NCBI GenBank assembly: GCA_041650395.1
Contig: JBAZLG010000003.1
Span: 182,917-246,916, forward strand
Direction of reading: 5' to 3'
DNA length: 64,000 nt
DNA from: Candidatus Micrarchaeia archaeon
GTDB taxonomy: Archaea; Micrarchaeota; Micrarchaeia; Anstonellales; VGKX01
Under the pieces are notes generated by a model. It did not search any database. It worked only from the letters and a program-made list of their open reading frames with translations, and was not told the origin of the DNA. Position numbers and translations under genes: made by a program. Every line of letters starts with the position of its first letter. Position 1 is the stretch's first letter. Below are positions 55,762-64,000 of the stretch, in pieces.

Positions 55762-57084
55762 TTACGGGTATACCCTGTTTATGGTGCGCGGGAACGGGAT
55801 GGCGTCCCTGATGTGGTCGAGGTTGAGCATCCACTTGACAAGCCGCTCTATGCCAAGCCCGAAGCCGGAGTGCGGCACTGAGCCGTATTTTCTCAAGTCG
55901 AGGTACCACTCGTAGTTCTTCACGTCGAGGTTCTCCTCCTTTATCCTCTGGAGGAGGTAATCGTATTCCCAAATCCTCTCCGAGCCGCCGATTATCTCGC
56001 CGTGCCCGAAGGGAGCTATCATGTCCGCGTTGAGGACAGTGTCGGGCTTCGCAGGGTCCGGCCTCATGTAGAATGACTTGATTTTTTTCGGGAAATTGTG
56101 GACAAAGACGGGCATCTGCTTGCCCTTTGTGAGAAGTGCCTCCTCGTCGGCGCCGAAATCCTCGCCCCACTCCATCTTGCCGCCGTTCTGGTTGACGATA
56201 TCGATGGCATTGTCGTAGGGTATGCGCTCGAAAGGCGCCTTGATTGACGCGAGATAGGCTGGGTCCTGCCCGCACGCCCTGACAATGTCGGGGTAGCGCG
56301 ACGCGAGGCCGTTTGCCACGAATTCGATCATTTTCTCCTGGAGGTCCATGTTCATCCTGTTGTCGTAGAAAGCCATTTCAGGCTCGAGATGCCAGTACTC
56401 GGCCAAGTGCCTGACGGTCCTTGACGGCTCCGCCCTGAAAGAAGGGGCGAGGACATAGACCTTCTCGAGCGAAGTGATGTAGATTTCCGCGTAAAGCTGG
56501 CTTGACTGGGTAAGGTATGCCTTGTCCCCGAAATAGTCGATTTCAAAAAGCGTCGAGCCGCCCTCGCAGCCCGCCTTCGTGATTATCGGCGGCGCCACCT
56601 CGTAAAACCCGTCCTTGTCAAAGAACCCGCGCAGGAGGTTGACCATCCTATAGCGCGCCTTCATCACGTTTGTAAGTTTTTGGGAGCGAAGCCAGAGGTG
56701 CCTAGTGTCAAGCAGGAACTCGGTTGACTGGTCCTTTGCTATAGGGAACGCTTCCCCCTGCCAGATTATGCCAATGTTGTCGCAGGACAGCTCGAACCCG
56801 CCGGGGGCGCGAGAGTCCGCGCGCACGGTGCCTTCGGCCCAAAGGGACGATTCGACATAGACCCCCTTGGCCTTGTCGAAGATGCCTGCGGGTATCGATT
56901 CCTTCTTGAACGCGCACTGTATGGTGCCGGAAGAGTCCCTGATTACGATGAACGCGAGGTTGTTTGACGAGCGCGCCCTGTACGCCCAGCCCCTGACGCG
57001 GACCTTTTTCCCGTCCATGCCGCCGGAGAGCACGTCGCCGATTTTCGTTATGCCTTCATACCCAACGCTTCCTTCAACATCCAT
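55762..57084 (-). CDS. aspS: Aspartyl-tRNA synthetase (archaeal/eukaryotic type, class II)
   Basis: N-terminal OB-fold (VRVRGWAYRARSSNNLAFIVIRD). Class II motifs FRAEPSRTVRHLAEYWHLEPE, and GSVPHSGFGLGIERL as motif 3. Confidence 0.9.
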   Translation of the reverse strand: MDVEGSVGYEGITKIGDVLSGGMDGKKVRVRGWAYRARSSNNLAFIVIRDSSGTIQCAFKKESIPAGIFDKAKGVYVESSLWAEGTVRADSRAPGGFELSCDNIGIIWQGEAFPIAKDQSTEFLLDTRHLWLRSQKLTNVMKARYRMVNLLRGFFDKDGFYEVAPPIITKAGCEGGSTLFEIDYFGDKAYLTQSSQLYAEIYITSLEKVYVLAPSFRAEPSRTVRHLAEYWHLEPEMAFYDNRMNMDLQEKMIEFVANGLASRYPDIVRACGQDPAYLASIKAPFERIPYDNAIDIVNQNGGKMEWGEDFGADEEALLTKGKQMPVFVHNFPKKIKSFYMRPDPAKPDTVLNADMIAPFGHGEIIGGSERIWEYDYLLQRIKEENLDVKNYEWYLDLRKYGSVPHSGFGLGIERLVKWMLNLDHIRDAIPFPRTINRVYP

Positions 57085-57112
57085 AATAACACCATGATAT
57101 TCAAATGCGCCG

Positions 57113-59236
57113 TCATTTCCTGCGCTTTGCCGCTGCCTTCCTGGCCCCGGCGCCTGGCCTTCCCTTCTTTGCCGCAGGCCCCGACGCTGCCAAGGCCGAG
57201 TCTGCGGGGTAAGGCGAGAAACTGGATATCAGCCTGTCCTTTTGCGGCCCCGGCTTGAGGCATGCCTTAAGTATCTGGACAATGTTTGAAACCGGGGTTA
57301 TGTCCATCTTGCTTTTCATGTTCGGGGGCAGGTAGATGTCCTCCGCATTGGTCTTTGGGACTATGCCGTGCTTGAGCCCGGACCCTATTGCTGCCTCTAT
57401 CTTGGCGGTGGTGCCGCCCACAGGCAGGACCTCGCCCCTTACTGTGAGCGAGCCGGTCATTGCGTACGACTGGTCCACTGGTATGCCTTCCATTGCCGAA
57501 ATGACAGCCACTGCTATTGAAACCGAGGCGGAATCGCCTTCCACGCCCTCGTATGTCTGGATGAACTGGACGTGGATGTCGTATTGCGACACGTCCTTGC
57601 CAATGTGCTTCTTGATTATCGCGGAGACGTTTTCCACAGCCTCCTTTGCTATTGTGCCAAGCTTGCCAGTAACTATGAGCTTGCCCTCGCTTTTTGACGA
57701 GGCGGGGGTGACTTCGGCCACTATGGGCATTACAAGCCCGCTCGAGCCGTCGCCAAGCACCGCGAGGCCATTGACCTTGCCAACTTCCCAGCCGTCTATT
57801 GAATACATGCTGTATTCCTTCCTGTACTCTATGCTGCGGCTTGAAATCTGGTGCTCGAGCGTTTGGGCTATGGGCTTTGCGCGAAGGACTATGTCGGCGT
57901 CCACGAGCTGCTTCCCCTCGTCCCTGGCAAGGTCGCCTGCTGCCCTGACAAGCCCGCCAAGCTCCCTCAAATTCAGCGTGAGCCTGTTTTTCCTGCCCGC
58001 CTTGCGCCGGGCCTCGTCTACTATCTCAAGGACCGCGTCGTAGGAGAAGTGCGGTATTTTCCCGTCCTTTGTCACTTCCTGCGCTATGAACTGGACAAGC
58101 TTCTCGCGGTTGGCGTCTGTGTCGGGCATGGAGTCCTCGACGTAAATCTCATAGCCGTTGCCGCGTATCCTTGAGCGCAGCGCAGGATGCATGCGCACCA
58201 TGTCATGGACATTCCCAGCGGCAACGAGCACGAAGTCGCATGGGACCTCCTCGGTCTTGACTATTGCGCCGGAGGACATTTCGGACTGGCCTGTGATTGG
58301 ATATTTCTTCTCCTGCATGGCTGTGAGGAGTTCCTGCTGGCTGTGCGGCTTGAGCGAGGCAATCTCGTCGATGAAAAGCACGCCCTTGTTGGCGCGGTGT
58401 ATGGCGCCCGCCTCTACGCGCAGGTGCGCTGGCGTTCCAAGGCCGCCCGACTGGAGCGGGTCGTGGCGCACGTCGCCAAGCAGGGCGCCCGCGCGGGCGC
58501 CTGTGGCGTCCATGAAAGGCGCGGTGCGCTTGCCCGTGTTGTCCACTATGAGCTTGGGGTCCATGTATTCCGTGGCGCCCATCCTCTTGCCAAGGGAATT
58601 CGTGAACCTCCAGAGAAGGTAAATCACTGTAAGGCCGAATATGATTGCGAGCAGGAACCACTTGTTGGAGTCCGTAAGCCCGCCAGTGGCTATTGTCACT
58701 ATCACTGCCGCCATTATTATGAGAAGGAAAATCATGGCGGGGTTGATGCCCTTGCCCTGCACGGATATCTGGGAATTCCTGCCCAGGTAGAGTATGCGCC
58801 TGCCCTGGCCCCACTCTGACATGTTGATTTTCTCGCGCGGGGTGGCGTCGTAGGGGTTTTCTGCGTTTTCCGGCTTGGCCTTTTGCACGTTCTGCTGGAT
58901 TTGCGTCTGGGCAAAGCCGCGATAAAGCCTTGAAAGGAAGGAGTTGGCGTTGATTTCGGTCTGGGTGGGGTATGTCTTGACAGTCTTTACCTGCGGCTTG
59001 TTCTCGTCATTGGGGTTGGGGTAGACAAGCACGTCGAGCAGGTCTTCGGCGGGCATGAGCTGCGCCATTGCGCGGGCAAGCATGCTCTTGCCAGTGCCGG
59101 GCGAGCCGAGGAGGAGCACGTTTCTCCTCTGCCTTGCCGCTTTCTTTATTATCTTGACTGCCGAGTCCTGGCCTATGACCTGGTCAATTAGCATGGGAGG
59201 CACTGAAATTTCCTGCGTAGTCTTGAACTGTTTCAT
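57113..59236 (-). CDS. lonB: Archaeal membrane-bound Lon protease (LonB)
   Basis: AAA+ Walker [12 protein letters not shown]. Two TM helices inserted in the ATPase domain. C-terminal Lon proteolytic domain with a Ser-Lys dyad region ([15 protein letters not shown]...K). Confidence 0.9.
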   Translation of the reverse strand: MKQFKTTQEISVPPMLIDQVIGQDSAVKIIKKAARQRRNVLLLGSPGTGKSMLARAMAQLMPAEDLLDVLVYPNPNDENKPQVKTVKTYPTQTEINANSFLSRLYRGFAQTQIQQNVQKAKPENAENPYDATPREKINMSEWGQGRRILYLGRNSQISVQGKGINPAMIFLLIIMAAVIVTIATGGLTDSNKWFLLAIIFGLTVIYLLWRFTNSLGKRMGATEYMDPKLIVDNTGKRTAPFMDATGARAGALLGDVRHDPLQSGGLGTPAHLRVEAGAIHRANKGVLFIDEIASLKPHSQQELLTAMQEKKYPITGQSEMSSGAIVKTEEVPCDFVLVAAGNVHDMVRMHPALRSRIRGNGYEIYVEDSMPDTDANREKLVQFIAQEVTKDGKIPHFSYDAVLEIVDEARRKAGRKNRLTLNLRELGGLVRAAGDLARDEGKQLVDADIVLRAKPIAQTLEHQISSRSIEYRKEYSMYSIDGWEVGKVNGLAVLGDGSSGLVMPIVAEVTPASSKSEGKLIVTGKLGTIAKEAVENVSAIIKKHIGKDVSQYDIHVQFIQTYEGVEGDSASVSIAVAVISAMEGIPVDQSYAMTGSLTVRGEVLPVGGTTAKIEAAIGSGLKHGIVPKTNAEDIYLPPNMKSKMDITPVSNIVQILKACLKPGPQKDRLISSFSPYPADSALAASGPAAKKGRPGAGARKAAAKRRK

Positions 59237-59291
59237 GAAAATAACCCCGCAAACAAAAGGAATCCCGGCGAGTGCCGGCAGAAACCGGGCT

Positions 59292-60620
59292 TTATGTTGA
59301 GCCCACTATCTCAACGCCTTCGAACATTATCCTTGGAGAAATGAGATTTAAAAACCTACCCTGGTTTCCACCGACGGGCGAGAAGGCGTTGAAGAGCCTG
59401 AAGGCATTGCCTGAAATCATCACGTTTTTGACTGGGACGCGCTCCCCGCCGGCAGGGCTTTTGGGATTGCACCAGAACGCCAGGTCGGATATGACCGAGA
59501 AATCGCCAGTAGTGGTGTTGGCAGTATGCGTCCCATGGAAAGAGTGAATTTCAATGTATTCTCCCGCCATGTCGGCAGCCCCGCCACTGGCGGATACGAC
59601 CAGGTTGGACTCGCCGCAGGACGGCATGGACTGGAAAGAGTTGCGCGCGCAGTTGCCTATCCCGCCACAGGCATCCTTGCCAAGCAGGCAGGCGGCCCTG
59701 CTGTCAAGCAGGAATCCTGAAACGGCGCCATTTTCCACAAGACGCTTGCCAGACGAGGGGACTCCCTCGCCGTCAAAGGCCGCGAAAAAGCCGCGGAGGT
59801 CGGCCGGGTCGTCAAGAAGCGTGAATGATTCTGAAAACATCCTCTCCCCCGCCCTTCCGGCAAGCATGGAGGATTTGGAAAGTATCGAGTCGCCGTCAAA
59901 TGATGGCAGGAGGATTTCGGACAAAAGGGAGTGGAGGGCCGGAAGCTCGAATAGGAGGTCGTATTTGCCGGAGGGCAGCGCCCTGGCGTCTGCTATTTCC
60001 CTGGCAAGAAGCGAGCTTTTCCTCCCTTCCTCAATAGAGCCGGCGGCAAAATCCCCAAGCCTCTGGCTGGAGTGCATGGCATAGGCGGAATTGTCATTGA
60101 ACTTGGTCTGCATAGAGGCTGACAGGGAACCGCCCGCAGACGAGGCGAAAAGCCCGTTCGAATTGGCTATGGAATGTTCGTGGGATTCCACGGAAAAGCC
60201 GCCTTCAAGCGCTATAGTTCCGCCTTCCTGGCACGAGGATATGAAATCATTGAACATGCCCATTGCGCCCGATGGCTGGAGGCAGCCTATTTCGCGCGCT
60301 TCGGAATCGAGCCATGAGGGGCTTGAAGGGTACTTGCCCGCCTGCGGGAATGAATAGCCCAAGCAGCCGGGCGAGTGCCCGACCATGCCCGCCGCCCTCC
60401 TGATTGCTGCTGCCAGTTGCGATTCCGACTGGCAATAGGAGAAGCCAACCCTGCCGTCCCTGTCGCAAACCCTTATGCCGAAACCCTCGAACTCCCTGCT
60501 CTCCTTGCTGGTTATGGAGCCGTTCAGGCAGAAAAAGGACGTTTCAGTGGATTTCTCATGGTAAAGCTCGAGCCCGAGCGAATCTGTCCCGTGCCTGCGC
60601 ACCAGTGTTTCAAGGTCCAT
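59292..60620 (-). CDS. TldD/PmbA-family metallopeptidase-like protein
   Basis: C-terminal [14 protein letters not shown] and GNAFRLF signatures of the PmbA/TldD fold. Confidence 0.65.
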   Translation of the reverse strand: MDLETLVRRHGTDSLGLELYHEKSTETSFFCLNGSITSKESREFEGFGIRVCDRDGRVGFSYCQSESQLAAAIRRAAGMVGHSPGCLGYSFPQAGKYPSSPSWLDSEAREIGCLQPSGAMGMFNDFISSCQEGGTIALEGGFSVESHEHSIANSNGLFASSAGGSLSASMQTKFNDNSAYAMHSSQRLGDFAAGSIEEGRKSSLLAREIADARALPSGKYDLLFELPALHSLLSEILLPSFDGDSILSKSSMLAGRAGERMFSESFTLLDDPADLRGFFAAFDGEGVPSSGKRLVENGAVSGFLLDSRAACLLGKDACGGIGNCARNSFQSMPSCGESNLVVSASGGAADMAGEYIEIHSFHGTHTANTTTGDFSVISDLAFWCNPKSPAGGERVPVKNVMISGNAFRLFNAFSPVGGNQGRFLNLISPRIMFEGVEIVGST

Positions 60621-60653
60621 ATTGACAACCGAGCCGTGCCGGATGAAGAAGGC

Positions 60654-61661
60654 TTAACTGTGCTTTGAAAGCCCGAAGGCGAAGTAGATTGCAGCCGAGA
60701 AGACGCCAATCACAAGCAGCGCTATAGGTATGCCGACATTCGCGCTGTTCGAAAGCGCCGCGGAGAGGCTTGCCGCATTCGAGATTGTGTTTGAAATCAG
60801 CGATTGGATGCCTGTTTCCTGCCCGGGCGCCTGCTTGCCGCCGGAAGCAGAAGCGAGCTTGTCGGCCGGGACTGCGACTACGGAGCCCGCGCCCGTCCTG
60901 CCCTCAACGTTTAGCATGTAAGTGCCTGTGCCTGCTGTCTCGAAAACTGCAACGCCCTTTGAATCAGTGTAAACCTTGCTGACAGAACCGTCCGGCCCTG
61001 TGATTGCGACCTGTGAATTCGGCAATGGGACGCCCTGCTGGTCAGTCACTGTGGCATGGGCCTGGGCGCCCGCCTTGACATTTTCGGATTCGGGCGAAAT
61101 CATCACTGCCCGCGGCTTGACGCTGTAGGTTATCGGGAGGTTGAGTTGGCGCGTGCCGGCCTCCGACACCGCGGTTATCAAAAGCGAGCTTTCATACGAG
61201 CCGCCCGGAGTTGCAGGCAATGGCTCGAGCCTGATTGCGACCGCCAGCCTGTCCGCGCTGTCCACGTAGCGCAGGTTGGTGCAGAGTATGACCGGGGCGT
61301 CAGTCACGTATGACTCGAAAGTGCCCTCGCACGACGGGCCGTTCTCGTCCTCCTTGTCGGAAGAGGTCTTGACGAACATTTTAACCCTTGCGGCCTCGCT
61401 TGATGACATTGTGACGTTCATGACCGTGTTGCCGTCGTTTTGTATGTAGAAGACCTGCGTCCTCCCGCCGGTTATGTCGCCAAAGTCGAGAGAGGTCATG
61501 TTCGGCTGGATTGAAAAGTAAGTGGTAGGGGTGATGTTGATGTTTATTTCCCACTGCGCATGGGCCACGAAGGAAAGCGAAAGAATGGCGAGCAGGAAAA
61601 CCCATGCATGGCTGGGGAATGGGGCTGCGGCAATTCGGCTGGGCGCCTTTGTGTTTGCCAT
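60654..61661 (-). CDS. Secreted protein with an Ig-like (CarboxypepD_reg / Big-like) domain and a C-terminal TM anchor
   Basis: Signal peptide VFLLAILSLSFVAHA. VTDQQGVPLPNSQVAITGPDGSVSKVYTDSKGVAVFE beta-sandwich pattern. C-terminal IALLVIGVFSAAIYFAF. Confidence 0.55.
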   Translation of the reverse strand: MANTKAPSRIAAAPFPSHAWVFLLAILSLSFVAHAQWEININITPTTYFSIQPNMTSLDFGDITGGRTQVFYIQNDGNTVMNVTMSSSEAARVKMFVKTSSDKEDENGPSCEGTFESYVTDAPVILCTNLRYVDSADRLAVAIRLEPLPATPGGSYESSLLITAVSEAGTRQLNLPITYSVKPRAVMISPESENVKAGAQAHATVTDQQGVPLPNSQVAITGPDGSVSKVYTDSKGVAVFETAGTGTYMLNVEGRTGAGSVVAVPADKLASASGGKQAPGQETGIQSLISNTISNAASLSAALSNSANVGIPIALLVIGVFSAAIYFAFGLSKHS

Positions 61662-61692
61662 GGTTGTTTGGGGGATTTCGAGCTTAAATATC

Positions 61693-62529
61693 TTACTGGT
61701 TTTGGCTGGAATTGCCGCCTGACGCGGCAGCAGGGCTCTCCCTTATTTCCTGTATCAGGAAAGTGCCCTCATACGTGCCAAGGCTTGTGTTCAGGGGTAT
61801 CAGGGCCTTGATCCAAATCTCGTGCGTCTCGCCAAGCGAGTACATTGTGAACGGCTCCGGGTAGACGAAGAAATCCGATATGTTGCCTGTGCCATTGAAG
61901 TGCACATAGACTGCCGAATCCTCCTCATTTGAGAGAATTACCTTCCTTGCAGAGGACTTGCCTTCGGATATAGTGCCAAGGCCGAGCACGTCCGAGCCTT
62001 CGGACACGTTGAATCCCAAAAACGCTGTCTCGTTCGTCACTGTGATTGAGACGGGTATGCTCTTTTCAGCCACAGTCCCGTTTTCAGGGACATAGGGCGG
62101 AAGGGAGCTGGAGTTGGACCCATTAAGCGTTGATGTATTGTAGCGCACCACCTTGACAAGGGTGTTCTTGTTGCCATAGCTGTCAGTGGCCTCGAACACG
62201 AACCTGTTTTGCCCCTCGGCAAGGCCGAGGTATGCCGAAAAAGAGCCGTTTGAGACTTCAAGCGCCTTCTGGTTGAGGGTCACCCGCGCGTCCCTGCTCA
62301 CCCTGCCTTCAATGTAAAGGGGGGTCGAATTTGAAATGTCTGGCACTGCCGCAAGCGTGATTTCAAGGGGAGGCAGGTTGGAAGGGATTGAAGTGGAATT
62401 GTTCATTGCCTGCGTCTGGTTGGAGGCCGGAGGCGCGGGCGGCTGTTGGGCACAGCCAAGGAAAAGCATTGCCATGGAGAGGATTGCGAACAGGAAAATG
62501 ATTTTTCCGGATTTCATGCTAAACACCAT
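61693..62529 (-). CDS. Lipobox-type (LFLGCAQQ) secreted glycoprotein with numerous N-x-S/T sequons
   Basis: Signal peptide ending LFLGC. Pro-rich linker. More than 12 sequons. Confidence 0.55.
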   Translation of the reverse strand: MVFSMKSGKIIFLFAILSMAMLFLGCAQQPPAPPASNQTQAMNNSTSIPSNLPPLEITLAAVPDISNSTPLYIEGRVSRDARVTLNQKALEVSNGSFSAYLGLAEGQNRFVFEATDSYGNKNTLVKVVRYNTSTLNGSNSSSLPPYVPENGTVAEKSIPVSITVTNETAFLGFNVSEGSDVLGLGTISEGKSSARKVILSNEEDSAVYVHFNGTGNISDFFVYPEPFTMYSLGETHEIWIKALIPLNTSLGTYEGTFLIQEIRESPAAASGGNSSQNQ

Positions 62530-62650
62530 TTAAGATAACTCCTTTCAGGAATGGTATTTATGCTGGCAAATATAAAATAACAGGGGGTTTGCAGGGGAAG
62601 GTTCCACTATGCGGGAAAATAAAAGAAAAAAGAAGGAAAAAAGGGAAGGC

Positions 62651-63427
62651 TTAGGAAGCCTGGCCCCTTGTCTCCACGAGGGAGATTGTGCCCGTCCTTG
62701 AGCCGTAGATTGTGCCTGCCGGGACTGTCAAGGATATCTGGACGGCCCTTACCTCGCCCTTCTTGAAGAGGGTTATGGCCGGAGTCGGGTTGACCATGTT
62801 CCCAGCGTCGCCTGACACCTTGAACTCAATGTGGACAGGAGAGTCTTCGCTGTTAGTCAGCTGGAGAGTGGCAACAGAGGTGCTGCCGGGCAGCACGTTG
62901 AGGAACTCTACCCTGCCAGGCGTGGAATTGAAGTTCGAAGGCGTCACGCCGACTGCCACGTATAGGGGCACGTCAGTAGTGCTCACGACTCCATTGGCCG
63001 GGACATAGCTGTCGTCCATTGCCACTGGCGGGGCGGGCTTGGCGTATGTCACAGTCTTTGTCGCCGTCGTCTTGAGGCCCGCGTTGTTCTCCGAGGCTAT
63101 AACAAGCGTGTTCTCGCCTTCAACAAGCGCCACGTCAGCAGTGAATGTGCCGTCGTCCGCCACATTGGCGGCCGCGCCATTGACAGTCACGAATGCGCCC
63201 TTGTCAGTCACGCCCGCTACAGTAATGGAAGACATATTGGTCTGCGAGACCACGTCGACCGAAAGCGCTGGCGGCGCCGCAGGCTGCGTCACGTTCTCCG
63301 CCGGAGGGGCCGGAGGCGTCACCGTGGTGTTCTCCCCCTGTGCCGGAGGCGCGGGAGGCTGCTGCTGCGCGCAGCCCAAAAATAGCATTGCCGCTATGAG
63401 CAACGCGAAAAACAATTTCATGTCCAT
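62651..63427 (-). CDS. Lipobox-type (MLFLGCAQQQPP) secreted Ig-like protein, paralogous in its leader to 61693..62529
   Basis: Shared signal-peptide / lipobox / PAPP linker with the downstream gene. Start set at internal MDMKLF. Confidence 0.55.
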   Translation of the reverse strand: MDMKLFFALLIAAMLFLGCAQQQPPAPPAQGENTTVTPPAPPAENVTQPAAPPALSVDVVSQTNMSSITVAGVTDKGAFVTVNGAAANVADDGTFTADVALVEGENTLVIASENNAGLKTTATKTVTYAKPAPPVAMDDSYVPANGVVSTTDVPLYVAVGVTPSNFNSTPGRVEFLNVLPGSTSVATLQLTNSEDSPVHIEFKVSGDAGNMVNPTPAITLFKKGEVRAVQISLTVPAGTIYGSRTGTISLVETRGQAS

Positions 63428-63431
63428 CCTA

Positions 63432-64000
63432 TCAATCCTCGTCGTAGTTTTGTTTTGGGGCAGTCGCCGGGGGCTGGCCTCCCATGGCGCCGTAGTCGCC
63501 CGCTGCATCCATTGAACCTGATTCCGGCTGCTGTGGCTTTTTCCTGCCAAAGAAAACCGCGTACAGGGCTATCAGCACGACAACGACAGCGCCCACCAAT
63601 ATGAGGCTGTCAAAGCCGCCGCCCGACTGTTGCTGCTGGCCCCCCTGGCTGCCAGTCTGGTTGCCAGTGCCCGTCTGGTTGTTGCCCGTGGAGTTCTGGC
63701 CTGATGGCTGGCCCGGTGTCTCGGTAATCTTTGAAACGACTTCAAGCTGGAAGTCCTTTGTGGCCTTCTTGCCGTTGAATGTCACTTCCGCCTGGGCATT
63801 GTATGCCCCAAGCGAAAGGCCTGAAGTGTCGACATATACAAGGAAGTCCTTTGTGCCCCAGCCGTCCACCGCGGAGGTGGCGCTTGGCACTGTCTCAAGC
63901 AATGGCTGGCCGTCCGTGCCGAATATCCTCAAGAGGGCTGTAGCGGATATTGGCTCGTTCCAAAGGCTTGAGACGGGTATTTTGTAAGGCTGTATAGAGC
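63432..64000 (-). CDS. Surface protein with a C-terminal TM anchor and a Gln/Gly-rich stalk. It is 5'-partial because the ORF runs off the window edge.
   Basis: The minus-strand frame stays open from 63932 to 64000 with no stop. The track start at 63932 is an internal TTG. C-terminal LILVGAVVVVLIALYAVFF anchor. Confidence 0.5.
   Translation of the reverse strand, partial: SIQPYKIPVSSLWNEPISATALLRIFGTDGQPLLETVPSATSAVDGWGTKDFLVYVDTSGLSLGAYNAQAEVTFNGKKATKDFQLEVVSKITETPGQPSGQNSTGNNQTGTGNQTGSQGGQQQQSGGGFDSLILVGAVVVVLIALYAVFFGRKKPQQPESGSMDAAGDYGAMGGQPPATAPKQNYDED

Noticed and set aside
1-64000. Search for CRISPR arrays, rRNA genes, transposases, integrases and flanking direct repeats around the two low-GC islands
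   Set aside because: I saw no regularly spaced direct repeats, no rRNA-like sequence, and no DDE or tyrosine-recombinase motifs. Only a weak 7-nt similarity (tgccata) was seen at the island 1 borders, which I judged coincidental.

Overview
This 64 kb window reads as an archaeal chromosomal segment of about 57% GC that is densely packed with genes on both strands. Diagnostic genes include an archaeal-type PEP carboxylase, membrane-bound LonB, FEN-1, aMBF1, Trm5, a Dph6-like diphthamide enzyme, two tandem FtsZ paralogs, an archaeal-type AspRS, LeuRS, a family-B DNA polymerase-like gene, and CCA-less tRNAs, one of which carries intron(s). Two low-GC islands (about 30% GC) interrupt the GC-rich core. 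Island 1 (about 12.84-15.97 kb) holds a single 911-aa ORF with an Rx4H HEPN-like motif. Island 2 (about 43.87-46.43 kb) holds a canonical HEPN-domain protein convergent with a two-gene operon that ends in a RelA/SpoT-homolog (RSH, toxSAS-like) nucleotidyltransferase. I read island 2 as a candidate toxin-antitoxin or antiviral module and the most likely 'undescribed system' in the window. The window also contains a tightly packed operon of six paralogous polytopic membrane proteins of unrecognised family (26.5-33.6 kb). A family-B polymerase-like gene with substituted catalytic motifs is translationally coupled to a Walker-A-dead RadB/KaiC-like gene. There is a bacterial-type MltB-like lytic transglycosylase, and a candidate two-intron tRNA-Arg. 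A 1654-aa membrane protein is coupled to a glycoprotein gene. A pair of Cys-rich beta-solenoid-like paralogs shares identical nucleotide blocks. Many secreted, N-glycosylation-rich lipobox-type proteins are present. I saw no CRISPR array, rRNA, transposase or integrase. All calls come from reading the six-frame translations and the raw sequence, and no database search was run. Many ORF-track 'M' starts are alternative TTG/GTG codons, so I adjusted several starts to in-frame ATGs.
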